Shown in pieces: positions 28,089 to 36,527 of a stretch of DNA of 51,629 nucleotides. How positions within the stretch are numbered: the stretch's first letter is position 1; each line of letters begins with the position of its first letter. The notes under the pieces were generated by a model. It did not search any database and was not told the origin of the DNA. It saw nothing but the letters and a program-made list of their open reading frames with translations. The position numbers and the translations under genes were made by a program. The stretch lies in the NCBI GenBank assembly GCA_031409335.1, contig JANNWY010000155.1:1-51629 (forward strand), given 5' to 3'. Source of the DNA: Chthoniobacteraceae bacterium (GTDB lineage: Bacteria > Verrucomicrobiota > Verrucomicrobiia > Chthoniobacterales > Chthoniobacteraceae).

Positions 28089-28717
28089 GGAAATTGGCCG
28101 CGATATTTTTCATCGAGCCGCCGCAGCCGCACGCGCAGTGCTTCGAGCTGATCGAGCAAATCCGGCTGCTCCTTCAGCTCCAGCAAAGGGATGAGCTGCT
28201 CGCGGATGTAGCCCCAGTCGAGCTTCGCATCGCCCTGCCGCACGATCGTCATCTCCACATCGCGCCAGTCCTGCGGGCGCGCGGCGAAGGTTTTGAAAAC
28301 GATGAGGTCTTCCGCGGTGCAGAGGCGCAGCGAGATGCCGGGAATCAATTCGATTTCTTTCGCGCGCTCCGTGGCGCTGATCTCAAACGGGAACGCCGCC
28401 ATGGCGATGTCCACGCCGATTCCTCCGGATGTCTGGAGCAGCAGCACACGGCGCGTCTGCGCGAATTCCCGGGCGTTCGGATTGCGTGGTTCGAGCCAGT
28501 CGAGCGCCAGCAATGCGTCGATGAACGGATCCTCCGTGCCGAAGCCGGTGATGAGTGTGACATCGACATCGTCCGTCACCCGCGGCTCGCTCCATCGCTG
28601 CACGGCCAGGCCGCCGATGAAACAAAAACTCCATTTTTGCACCTGACAAAACTCTTGCAGCCGCAGTGCGGTTTCGAGCGCGTCGATGGAAACGTTTTCG
28701 TTTTCACCCATGTCCAT
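28085..28717 (-). CDS. Nucleotidyltransferase (AbiEii/DUF6036-like), putative toxin
   Basis: FIGGLAVQRWSEPRVTDDVD, CTAEDLIVFK, RPQDWRD. The start could also be 28711. Confidence 0.78.
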   Translation of the reverse strand: MDMGENENVSIDALETALRLQEFCQVQKWSFCFIGGLAVQRWSEPRVTDDVDVTLITGFGTEDPFIDALLALDWLEPRNPNAREFAQTRRVLLLQTSGGIGVDIAMAAFPFEISATERAKEIELIPGISLRLCTAEDLIVFKTFAARPQDWRDVEMTIVRQGDAKLDWGYIREQLIPLLELKEQPDLLDQLEALRVRLRRLDEKYRGQFP

Positions 28718-28946
28718 GCACGCGCCGGCCACGACTGAGGATTTCATAAAACTCCACCAGACCGCTCGACGGCGAGGGCGGGTGAAGCTGAACCGCGGAG
28801 TTGAACAATCGTCCGAGATGCTGCAACGCCGTCGCCGTATCCGTGCGCCGCACCTTGGCATGGCGCTCTGCTTCGAGATATTCCCCCGTTTCCGTCCAGC
28901 CCATCGCGTAGTCCTTCATGCGCTTTTGGAGTTCGGCGTCGGTCAT
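28704..28946 (-). CDS. Small helical protein, putative partner/antitoxin of the nucleotidyltransferase
   Basis: 80 aa (MTDAELQKRMKDYAMGW...PSSGLVEF). Overlaps the NTase start. Confidence 0.6.
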   Translation of the reverse strand: MTDAELQKRMKDYAMGWTETGEYLEAERHAKVRRTDTATALQHLGRLFNSAVQLHPPSPSSGLVEFYEILSRGRRVHGHG

Positions 28947-28980
28947 GGAAAAGACTAGCGGAAGCGGTGGGGATGGCGAG

Positions 28981-29889
28981 TCATTGGATGACCTTTCCGG
29001 CGAAACGATTCTCGACGTGCTCGGTCGCGGGCTGCGGGCCGTGCCACATTTTCGCATACGCGGCGAGCAGGCTACCGCGCGACTCCCGCGGCTCGGCGAG
29101 CTGGGGCAGATAAACCCACGGGACGGTCGGCTGCGCGTGGTGGTTGCGGTGCCAGTTGTGGTTCAACCACACCAGATCTAGCACGCGGAACGTGCGCAGA
29201 TTGCGCGCGCCTTTCAGCACGTCGCGCTCGGTGCCGTAGTGATGCGCGTACTGCATCGCCGACCACATGAAGCCAAAGCCGAACATCACCGCAAAATAGT
29301 GCGCGAGTGGAATGTGCCACGCCCAAAGCAACCCCGCGTGCAGGGCCACGACCGCGACGGCTTCCGCCTGAATGATGCGCCGGTAACGCGGGTTCAGCGA
29401 TTCGAGAAAGGCGTCCGTCGTGCGGTTGATCCGCGCGGGCACGGCGAGCGAGGGGACGAAAATGACGACGAGATTTGTGAGGTAGATCAACACCCAGAAA
29501 AGCCCGGTGAGCGTGCCGTAGAGCTGCACGCATTTCCAAAACCGGCTCTCGTTATCGAAATACAAATCGAACGCCTCGTCGTCGCTGCGGTTGCGGATGT
29601 GATGCCCGATGTGCCCTTGGCGGATGAGGTGAAACGGCGCAGGGAAAAACAGCGCGAGCACCGTGCCGATGGCGTCGTTCACGCCGCGATGCGGATGCAG
29701 GATGCTGTGCTCCGCCTCGTGCAGCATGGCGTATCCCGAGTTCATCACCACGCCGTAGCCGAGCGCGAGCAGCGCCACCGTCCACCATTGCGCGACCTGC
29801 CCCGCAGCCCAGAGCATGCCGAGCATCGCGGCGAGTTGCGCGGCGGCGATGCCGAGATTCAGCCGGGCGGGAATCGGGAAGGTCTTCAT
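28981..29889 (-). CDS. Membrane fatty-acid desaturase family protein
   Basis: Three His boxes (HEAEH, HIGHH, HRNHH) plus TM segments. ATGA coupling to the upstream gene. Confidence 0.88.
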   Translation of the reverse strand: MKTFPIPARLNLGIAAAQLAAMLGMLWAAGQVAQWWTVALLALGYGVVMNSGYAMLHEAEHSILHPHRGVNDAIGTVLALFFPAPFHLIRQGHIGHHIRNRSDDEAFDLYFDNESRFWKCVQLYGTLTGLFWVLIYLTNLVVIFVPSLAVPARINRTTDAFLESLNPRYRRIIQAEAVAVVALHAGLLWAWHIPLAHYFAVMFGFGFMWSAMQYAHHYGTERDVLKGARNLRTFRVLDLVWLNHNWHRNHHAQPTVPWVYLPQLAEPRESRGSLLAAYAKMWHGPQPATEHVENRFAGKVIQ

Positions 29890-30782
29890 GCTCGCGGAGG
29901 AATATAGCCGGGCAGCGTCGGCGCGAGCAACGCGAACTCCGGGTGCGCATCGAAGCGCGCAAAGGAGCGGGGCGTGATCTCCCGGGAGTAGAGCGTGTTT
30001 AGATAGGCAGCGTTCGCTTTCAACTCCCGCATCCCGCGCAAGAGCGCTGCGGCGTCGAGCTGCGGAAACTCCCGCACGAGTTGCTCCACGACCCGTCGGC
30101 CCGAGCGTTTCGGCAGGAGAAAAAACTCGCCGAGCATCCAGCGCAACAGCCGCACATTCATCGAGCGTAGCGCCGGCCCGGTCCGCGGCCACAGCCAGTC
30201 GAGTAGCTCCTCGTCCCAGCCGACGTGTCCCATTTCGTCGCGCAGGTGCGTCCGGTGGGTCGCGACGAAGTGCGGCTCCAGATCGAATTTCTGTTCGAGG
30301 CAGCCTTTCGAGAAATGCAGCGAGCGCTCCTCCTGCAGCAGCGCGAGCCAGATAATCAGCGGGAACAGCCGCGGTCGCCGCGCCATCGCACCGACGAGCA
30401 TCCGCCACGGCCGCGCGACGCGGATGAAGTAGTAGGGATTGCTCGCGTAGAATTCCGGCGCGAACCGGCGGTTCAGCGCCCGAAACATCGCCGTGTGCAG
30501 CTCTTCCTCGCCGAAGAAAATCTTCAGTCCCGCCGCCAGTTTCGCCGGCAGGTGGCAGCGTTGCAGCGCGAGCAGAGCCGGGGCGAGCATCTCCTGTTCG
30601 AAAAACGCAACCTGCTCATTGAAGTAGAGCGCGTGCAGTTGGTTGTAGCGCAGCCGCGCGGCGTCCGGGAGCGCGGCGTATTCGCGGGTGTAAAACAGCG
30701 GCGTAAATTCCTCGGCGATGAAGCGGCGGGTGGCGCCGGTTCTGGCGGCAGCGATGGTCTCGTGGGTCGCGGCGAGCAGCAT
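29886..30782 (-). CDS. AurF/CmlI-like ferritin-like diiron oxygenase
   Basis: NEQVAFFEQ, EEELHTAMF, LQEERS, HLRDEMGH: E...ExxH...E...H-x2-D-E-x2-H ligand pattern. Confidence 0.78.
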   Translation of the reverse strand: MLLAATHETIAAARTGATRRFIAEEFTPLFYTREYAALPDAARLRYNQLHALYFNEQVAFFEQEMLAPALLALQRCHLPAKLAAGLKIFFGEEELHTAMFRALNRRFAPEFYASNPYYFIRVARPWRMLVGAMARRPRLFPLIIWLALLQEERSLHFSKGCLEQKFDLEPHFVATHRTHLRDEMGHVGWDEELLDWLWPRTGPALRSMNVRLLRWMLGEFFLLPKRSGRRVVEQLVREFPQLDAAALLRGMRELKANAAYLNTLYSREITPRSFARFDAHPEFALLAPTLPGYIPPRA

Positions 30783-30845
30783 GGAGCTGGTGATAGCGCA
30801 GGCTTTCCGCCTTGTCCCGCCACTTCTCACAGTTACCGTGTCTCC

Positions 30846-31109
30846 ATGAAGAACATCACCGTTTCCGTGGACGACGAACTTTACCAAGAGGCCCGCAAGG
30901 AAGCGGCGCGGCAGCAGAAATCGCTGAGCGCGCTCGTGCGGGAGTATCTCGCGGGCCTGAGGCAGAGCCCGGCGAGAGCGAAGAACTCGACGGACCCCGA
31001 ACTGGCAAAACTCTTCGCCATGTCCGACCGCAAGCACAAGAACCGGCGCGGTTCGGTCGGGCCGTTGAATCGCGAAGAACTTTACCAGCGTGGAGTTTCT
31101 CGACACTAA
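30846..31109 (+). CDS. Ribbon-helix-helix antitoxin (VapB/CopG-like)
   Basis: MKNITVSVDDELYQEARKEAARQQKSLSALVREYL...REELY. Overlaps the PIN gene. Confidence 0.82.
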   Translation: MKNITVSVDDELYQEARKEAARQQKSLSALVREYLAGLRQSPARAKNSTDPELAKLFAMSDRKHKNRRGSVGPLNREELYQRGVSRH

Positions 31110-31500
31110 CGTCCTCGTCTCTGCGGCGAGCGGCATTCCGGCCGACGCCGCAAAGTCCGGGATCGCCCGCGCGCTCGTTTCGCGTCCCGGCCTCGCGATC
31201 TCGCTGCAAGTCCTGCAGGAGTCTTACAATGTGGCGCGGCATCCGAAGAAGCTCGCCTTCACTCATGCGGAAGCCGTGGCATACAGTGAGCGCTGGCGGC
31301 GCTTCACCGTCCTCGAACCAACGCTCGCCTTGTTCGACGACGCCCTTGCCTTGGTGGACCGCTTTCAAATCAGCTACTACGACGCGGCAATCCTCGCCGC
31401 GGCCCGGAAGCTCAAGTGCAAGGTGGTGCATTCCGAGGATTTGAACGACGGGCAGGACTATCTCGGCGTGCGCGTCAGCAATCCGTTTCGCGGACTTTAG
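31090..31500 (+). CDS. vapC: PIN-domain toxin (VapC-like)
   Basis: FLDTNVL, QVLQE, SYYDAAILAAA, SEDL. Confidence 0.88.
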   Translation: MEFLDTNVLVSAASGIPADAAKSGIARALVSRPGLAISLQVLQESYNVARHPKKLAFTHAEAVAYSERWRRFTVLEPTLALFDDALALVDRFQISYYDAAILAAARKLKCKVVHSEDLNDGQDYLGVRVSNPFRGL

Positions 31501-31506
31501 CGGGCA

Positions 31507-33054
31507 ATGAAAATCGCCCTCATCTCGCCGAAAGGTCCGCTCTATCGGCATCGCGGTGGGATTTGGAAAAAGTCGCTGCGCTACCAGCCGCTCACGCTCA
31601 CGACTCTCGCGGCACTCGTGCCGGACGATGTTCCGGCGGACTTGGAGTTGATTGACGAGGGCATCGCCGATGTGCCGCTCGATCTGGAGGCGGATTTGAT
31701 TGGGATCACGGTCATCACCGGCACGGCGCGGCGGGCTTATGAATTGGCCGATCACTTCAGGGCGCGCGGGATCGCGGTGGTGCTCGGCGGGCCGCATGTC
31801 ACGCTCATCCCGGAAGACGCGGAGCCCCACGCGGATGCGCTGGTGGTCGGCTACGCAGAGGAGACGTGGCCGCAGCTCTTGCGGGATTTTGCCGCGGGCG
31901 AAATGCGGGCGCGTTACCAGCAGGCACCCGGGCTCGACATCGGCGGGCGACCGTTTCCGCGACGCGATCTGCTGCCCGCGCGACACTTCCTGACTAGCAA
32001 TGTTTTCGAGGCGACGCGCGGTTGCGTGCATAGCTGCGACTTCTGTGTGGTGCCGACGGCGTGGGGACGGAAGCCGTTTCAAAAACCGGTCGCGGAAGTG
32101 GTCGCCGACATCCGCCAGCACGGCGCGCGGAAACTCATCTTCGTGGACCTGAATCTCATCGCGCATCGCGGCTACGCGCTGGAGCTTTTCGCCGCGCTCA
32201 TCCCGCTGCGGCTCCAGTGGTATGGCCTCGCCACCACGCTGCTCGCGGATGATTCCGAGCTGCTGGAACTCTGCGGGCGCAGCGGTTGCAAGGGTTTGCT
32301 CATGGGCCTCGAATCCATCTCCGAGACGAACCTGCGGCAGAGCCACAAGGGCTTCAATTCGCCGGCGGACTACGCGGGCGTCGTCGAGCGTCTGCACGCG
32401 CACGGCATCGCGCTGCAGGGCTGTTTCGTCTTCGGGCTCGATGACGACAAGCCGGACGTTTTCATGAAGACGGCTGAGTTCGCCGTGGAAGCCGGGATTG
32501 ATCTGCCGCGCTTCGCCGTGGTCACGCCTTTTCCGAACACGCCGCTCTACAAACGCCTCGAAGCCGAGGGCCGCATCCTCACGCGCGACTGGGAGCTTTA
32601 CGACGCGCAGCACGTCGTCTTTCAGCCGCGGCACATGAGCGTGGAGGAGCTGCAAACCGGCATCGAGACGGCGTGGAAACACGCCTACAGTTGGCGCTCG
32701 ATCGCGCGCCGTCTCCGCCGCTCGCCAGCTCCGTGGCCGGTGCGGATCGGCACGAATCTCGGCTACCGTTTCTACGCGCACAATCTCAGCCGCTTTTACA
32801 ACTGCGACTGGATCATCGGCCGCGTGCCATCGCTGCGCCCCAAAGGAGCGGGACAACAAAGCGAGACTGATCGAGACCTTGCTCTCACCATCCCATCGCT
32901 GCGTCCCAAAGGGGCGGGACAACAAAGCGGCACTTATCCCGCCCCCATGACATCCGAACCATCGCTTCGACCCAAAGGGGCGGCACAACAAAGCCCAGGG
33001 CAAGCGACGAAGGAGCGCAGCCCTGGGTTCGCCACCGCGAATCGTCAGCCCTGA
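31507..33054 (+). CDS. B12-binding domain radical SAM enzyme 1 (last ~75 aa repeat-derived)
   Basis: PLTLTTLAA, VVLGGPHVT, EATRGCVHSCDFC (CxxxCxxC), FVDLN, GLES, TPFPNTPLY. Confidence 0.9.
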   Translation: MKIALISPKGPLYRHRGGIWKKSLRYQPLTLTTLAALVPDDVPADLELIDEGIADVPLDLEADLIGITVITGTARRAYELADHFRARGIAVVLGGPHVTLIPEDAEPHADALVVGYAEETWPQLLRDFAAGEMRARYQQAPGLDIGGRPFPRRDLLPARHFLTSNVFEATRGCVHSCDFCVVPTAWGRKPFQKPVAEVVADIRQHGARKLIFVDLNLIAHRGYALELFAALIPLRLQWYGLATTLLADDSELLELCGRSGCKGLLMGLESISETNLRQSHKGFNSPADYAGVVERLHAHGIALQGCFVFGLDDDKPDVFMKTAEFAVEAGIDLPRFAVVTPFPNTPLYKRLEAEGRILTRDWELYDAQHVVFQPRHMSVEELQTGIETAWKHAYSWRSIARRLRRSPAPWPVRIGTNLGYRFYAHNLSRFYNCDWIIGRVPSLRPKGAGQQSETDRDLALTIPSLRPKGAGQQSGTYPAPMTSEPSLRPKGAAQQSPGQATKERSPGFATANRQP

Positions 33055-33200
33055 AAGGGCGGGACAACAAAGCAACGATCACGAAACGCCATGACTCAGT
33101 TGTGCCGCCCTTTCAGGGCTTTCACATTTGGTGATGCCGACCCAGGGCGGGGGACCGTCGTCGCTTGCCCTGGGCTTTGTTGTTTCGCCCCGTTGGGGCT
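32827..33200. repeat. REP-like composite: three 36-bp direct repeats at 66-bp period plus a ~100-bp-arm palindrome (GCCCTGAAAGGGC / CCCAGGGC family)
   Basis: Repeats start at 32827, 32893 and 32959. Arm ~32970-33070 pairs with arm 33099-33200. Confidence 0.85.
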
Positions 33201-33201
33201 T

Positions 33202-33273
33202 TTGGAGAAAGGCACTATTTTCGAGGTCGGCGCTCTTTTCGAGGTCGGCGCTCTTTTGGAGAACGGCACTTTT
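33202..33273 (+). repeat. Four tandem 18-bp units (A-B-B-A)
   Basis: ttggagaaaggcactatt / ttcgaggtcggcgctctt x2 / ttggagaacggcactttt. Confidence 0.8.
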
Positions 33274-33287
33274 TTAGGGCTCGACGC

Positions 33288-34646
33288 ATGAAGCTCACCA
33301 TCGTCCACCCCTGCATCGGACGCCGTCGCGGCGAGCGCGATTACGTCCGCACCTGGCAGATGGAACCGCTCCCCGCCGCCACCCTCGCTGGTCTCACGCC
33401 GCGCGAGGTGGAGGTGAAGTTTTACGACGACCGGATGGAGACAATCCCCTTCGACGAGGCGACCGATCTCGTGGCGATGAGCGTGGAGACCTACACCGCC
33501 AAGCGCGCCTACCAGATCGCCAGCGAATACCGTCGGCGCAGCGTGCCGGTGGTGATGGGCGGCTTCCACCCGAGCCTCTGCCCGGATGAGGTCGCGCGCT
33601 ACGCCGACGCCGTGGTCACCGGCGAGGCCGAGGTGCTGTGGCCGCGCGTGCTCGACGACGCGCGGCACGGTCGGCTGGAAAAATTCTACCGCTCCACCGG
33701 GCGCACCGATCTGCGCGGATTGCGGCCCGACCGCTCCATCTTCCGCGGCAAGCGCTACCTGCAAATCGGCCTCGTGGAAGCGGGACGCGGCTGCCATTTC
33801 AAATGCGACTTCTGCGCGGTGCAGACGGTCTTTGCGCAAAGCCAGACGCGCCGCCCGGCAGACGAGATCATCGCGGAATTGCGGACGCTCAAGGACACCA
33901 AGAAGCTTTTCTTTTTCGTCGATGACAACATCACGTCGAACCTCGCGCAGGCGAAGGAATTCTTCCGAGCGCTCATCCCGCTGAAGATTCGCTGGGTCGG
34001 CCAGTCAAGCATCAATGCGGCGCACGACGAAGAGTTCCTCGACCTGCTCGTGCGCAGCGGCTGCCAGGGCGTGCTCATCGGCTTCGAGAGCCTGAATCCA
34101 TCGAACCTTGCGGCGATGAACAAGACCTTCAACACCTCGCGTGGCGGCTTCGCGAAGGCGCTCGCGAACTTGCGCAAACATCGCGTGCGGGTCTATGGCA
34201 CGTTCGTTTTCGGCTACGACGGCGACACGCCCGCGAGCTTCGACGAGACCGTGAATTTCGCGCAGCAGCACGGCATGTATATCGCCGCGTTCAACCACCT
34301 CACGCCCTTCCCCGGCACGCCGCTTTACCATCGGCTCGAGGCCGAGGGCCGGCTGCTCTACGAAGCGTGGTGGCTCGATGATCGCTACAGCTACAATCGC
34401 ATCCCGTTCGTCCCGCACGGCATGAGCGCGGAGGAGTTGCAGCGCGGCTGCCTCGGCGCGCGGCGGCGTTTTTATTCGTGGAAAAGCATCGCGCGCCGCG
34501 GGCTCGATGCGGTGAATCGCGCGAACGGTTTTATGTGGCGGAATTTTTTCCTCATCAACGCCATGCATCGCGGCGACGTGAGCCTTCGCGACTACTATCC
34601 GCTCGGAGACGAAGCATGGCAGGGACCGCTGCTCCTCGCGGACTGA
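33288..34646 (+). CDS. B12-binding domain radical SAM enzyme 2
   Basis: MEPLPAATLAGLTP, VVMGGFHPSL, GEAE, GRGCHFKCDFC, FFFVDDN, IGFESL, TPFPGTPLY. Confidence 0.92.
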   Translation: MKLTIVHPCIGRRRGERDYVRTWQMEPLPAATLAGLTPREVEVKFYDDRMETIPFDEATDLVAMSVETYTAKRAYQIASEYRRRSVPVVMGGFHPSLCPDEVARYADAVVTGEAEVLWPRVLDDARHGRLEKFYRSTGRTDLRGLRPDRSIFRGKRYLQIGLVEAGRGCHFKCDFCAVQTVFAQSQTRRPADEIIAELRTLKDTKKLFFFVDDNITSNLAQAKEFFRALIPLKIRWVGQSSINAAHDEEFLDLLVRSGCQGVLIGFESLNPSNLAAMNKTFNTSRGGFAKALANLRKHRVRVYGTFVFGYDGDTPASFDETVNFAQQHGMYIAAFNHLTPFPGTPLYHRLEAEGRLLYEAWWLDDRYSYNRIPFVPHGMSAEELQRGCLGARRRFYSWKSIARRGLDAVNRANGFMWRNFFLINAMHRGDVSLRDYYPLGDEAWQGPLLLAD

Positions 34647-34648
34647 GC

Positions 34649-34748
34649 CGTGGCACAGGCTTCCAGCCTGTGGGGCCGGCAGGCATCCTGCCTGCCGACT
34701 CGGCGGGCAAGATGCCCGCTTGCCCCACAGCCAGGATGGCTGTGCCCC
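34649..34748. repeat. REP-like palindrome (GTGGCACAGGCTTCCAGCCTGTG family)
   Basis: cgtggcacaggcttccagcctgtgggg...ccccacagccaggatggctgtgcc with nested hairpins. A related half copy lies at 41634-41659. Confidence 0.8.
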
Positions 34749-34749
34749 G

Positions 34750-35835
34750 ATGAAGATGGGCTTCGCGATGGCCACGCGCGCGGACGACGCCGCGCTCCGG
34801 CGTCTGCTCCGCGAGAATCCGCTGCGCGGCGCGGTGAGCGTGCGTTTCGAGCGCGAGCCGGATTACTTTCGCGGCGCGGATCTCGCGGGCGGGGCGGATA
34901 AAACAATCATCGCTCACGACGGCGCGCGGCTCGTGTGCATGGGGCGCTGCACGGAGCGCGCGTGCTGGTTGGACGGCCGGGAATCGCGGGTCGGCTACCT
35001 CGCGGAGTTACGTCTCGATGCCGCAGCGCGCGCGCGTTTCGGGATCCTGCGCGACGGCTACGAATTCTTCCACGCGCTGCAACGCGACGATCCCGCGGCG
35101 ATCTATTTCACGAGCATCGCCGCCGACAATGAGCGCGCCCGGCGGCTGCTCGAAAGCGGGCTGCGCGGACTGCCGGCGTATGCGTTCCTCGCGGAGTTGG
35201 ACACGCTGCTCGTCGCTGCGCCGCATCACCAGCGAACGACGAAAATCCGCGTGGAGCACGCGACGCCTGAGCGCATCCCCGATCTGCTCCGCGTGCTGAA
35301 AGAGCATGGCCGCCGGCATCAGCTCGCGACGGTGTGGACGGCGGAAACACTGCGCGCACTCGAACGGCACGGCTTGCCGCTGGAACGCTTCCTTCTCGGC
35401 TTCGATGGTGGCGAGATCGTCGCGTGCGGAGCCTTGTGGGATCAGCGCACGTTCCGCCAGACGGTGATCTGCGGCTACTCGCGCGCGCTCACCATCGCGC
35501 GTCCGTTCGTGAATTTCGCGAGCCGCTTCACCGGCACAATGCGCCTTCCGCGCGTCGGCTCCACACTCGCGCACGCCTTCCTCTCGCCGTTCGCTTTCGC
35601 GGATGGACGCGAAGAAATGCTGCCGGATTTCGTCGCCGCATTTCTACCGCTCGCTGCCCGGCTCGGCGTGGAGTTTCTCATGCTCGCGCTGCCGACTGGC
35701 GACCCGCGCCTGCCCGATCTCAAGCGTCGCTTTGCCACACGCACCTGGCGCAGCCGCCTCTATCGCGTGAGCTGGCCGGAGCAGCCTTCGCTTGAGGTGC
35801 GCGGCACATTTCTCCCCGACGTGGCGCTGCTATGA
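34750..35835 (+). CDS. Hypothetical protein, probable tandem GNAT/acyltransferase-like fold
   Basis: ATRADDAALRRLL, FEREPDYF, VGYLAELRLD, FTSIAADNERARRLL, WDQR. The fold call is tentative. Confidence 0.55.
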   Translation: MKMGFAMATRADDAALRRLLRENPLRGAVSVRFEREPDYFRGADLAGGADKTIIAHDGARLVCMGRCTERACWLDGRESRVGYLAELRLDAAARARFGILRDGYEFFHALQRDDPAAIYFTSIAADNERARRLLESGLRGLPAYAFLAELDTLLVAAPHHQRTTKIRVEHATPERIPDLLRVLKEHGRRHQLATVWTAETLRALERHGLPLERFLLGFDGGEIVACGALWDQRTFRQTVICGYSRALTIARPFVNFASRFTGTMRLPRVGSTLAHAFLSPFAFADGREEMLPDFVAAFLPLAARLGVEFLMLALPTGDPRLPDLKRRFATRTWRSRLYRVSWPEQPSLEVRGTFLPDVALL

Positions 35836-36527
35836 CGCCGACGGAAATCCCCGGATTGCTGCCACGCGAGGCACTCGACGGTGCGCGGCGCGATGAAATG
35901 TTCGCGCTGCTCGCGCGGCATTTCGAGGGCGTGACGCGCGCGCAGTTCGAGCACGATCTCGCGGAGAAAAACTGGGTCGTGGAAATCCGGCGCGACGGGC
36001 GCTTGCTGGGCTTTTCCACGTTGCTCGTTTGCGAATCCCGCTGCGACGGGCGCGCGCTCACGGCGATTTATTCGGGCGACACCATCGTCGCGCCCGAGGC
36101 ATGGCGATCGCCGACACTCGCGCGGACTTGGATCGCGGCGGTGAATCATCTGCGCGCCGCCGCGCCCGGGCGTCCGTGCCATTGGCTGCTGCTCACCTCC
36201 GGCTTTCGCACCTATCGCTTCCTGCCAGTTTTCTGGCGCGCGTTTTTTCCGCGGCACGATGCGCTGACTCCGCCGGGCGGACAGCGACTGCTCAATCACC
36301 TCGCCGGAGCGCGCTACGGCAAATGCTTCGACGCGGAAAAGGGAATCGTCCGCTTCCCCAATCCACAAAAATTGCGCGCGCTGCCTGCATCGCGTTCGAA
36401 CGACGCACACGTCGCGTTTTTTCTCGCGCGAAATCCCGGCCACGCCGAAGGGGACGAGCTGGCCTGCATCGCCGAAATCAGCGAGGCGAACCTGACCGCG
36501 GCGGGGCGGCGAATGATCGTGCAATGA
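35832..36527 (+). CDS. Conserved hypothetical protein, possible GNAT-like fold
   Basis: FEHDLAEK, LLGFSTL, YSGDTIVAPEAW, WLLLTSGFRTYRFLP, FFLARNPGH. ATGA-coupled on both sides. Confidence 0.55.
   Translation: MTPTEIPGLLPREALDGARRDEMFALLARHFEGVTRAQFEHDLAEKNWVVEIRRDGRLLGFSTLLVCESRCDGRALTAIYSGDTIVAPEAWRSPTLARTWIAAVNHLRAAAPGRPCHWLLLTSGFRTYRFLPVFWRAFFPRHDALTPPGGQRLLNHLAGARYGKCFDAEKGIVRFPNPQKLRALPASRSNDAHVAFFLARNPGHAEGDELACIAEISEANLTAAGRRMIVQ

Noticed and set aside
32827..32994. CRISPR array call for the 36/30-bp repeats
   Set aside because: Only three degenerate repeats, inside a CDS, matching the end of a REP palindrome, with no cas genes or AT-rich leader. Kept as a repeat finding instead.
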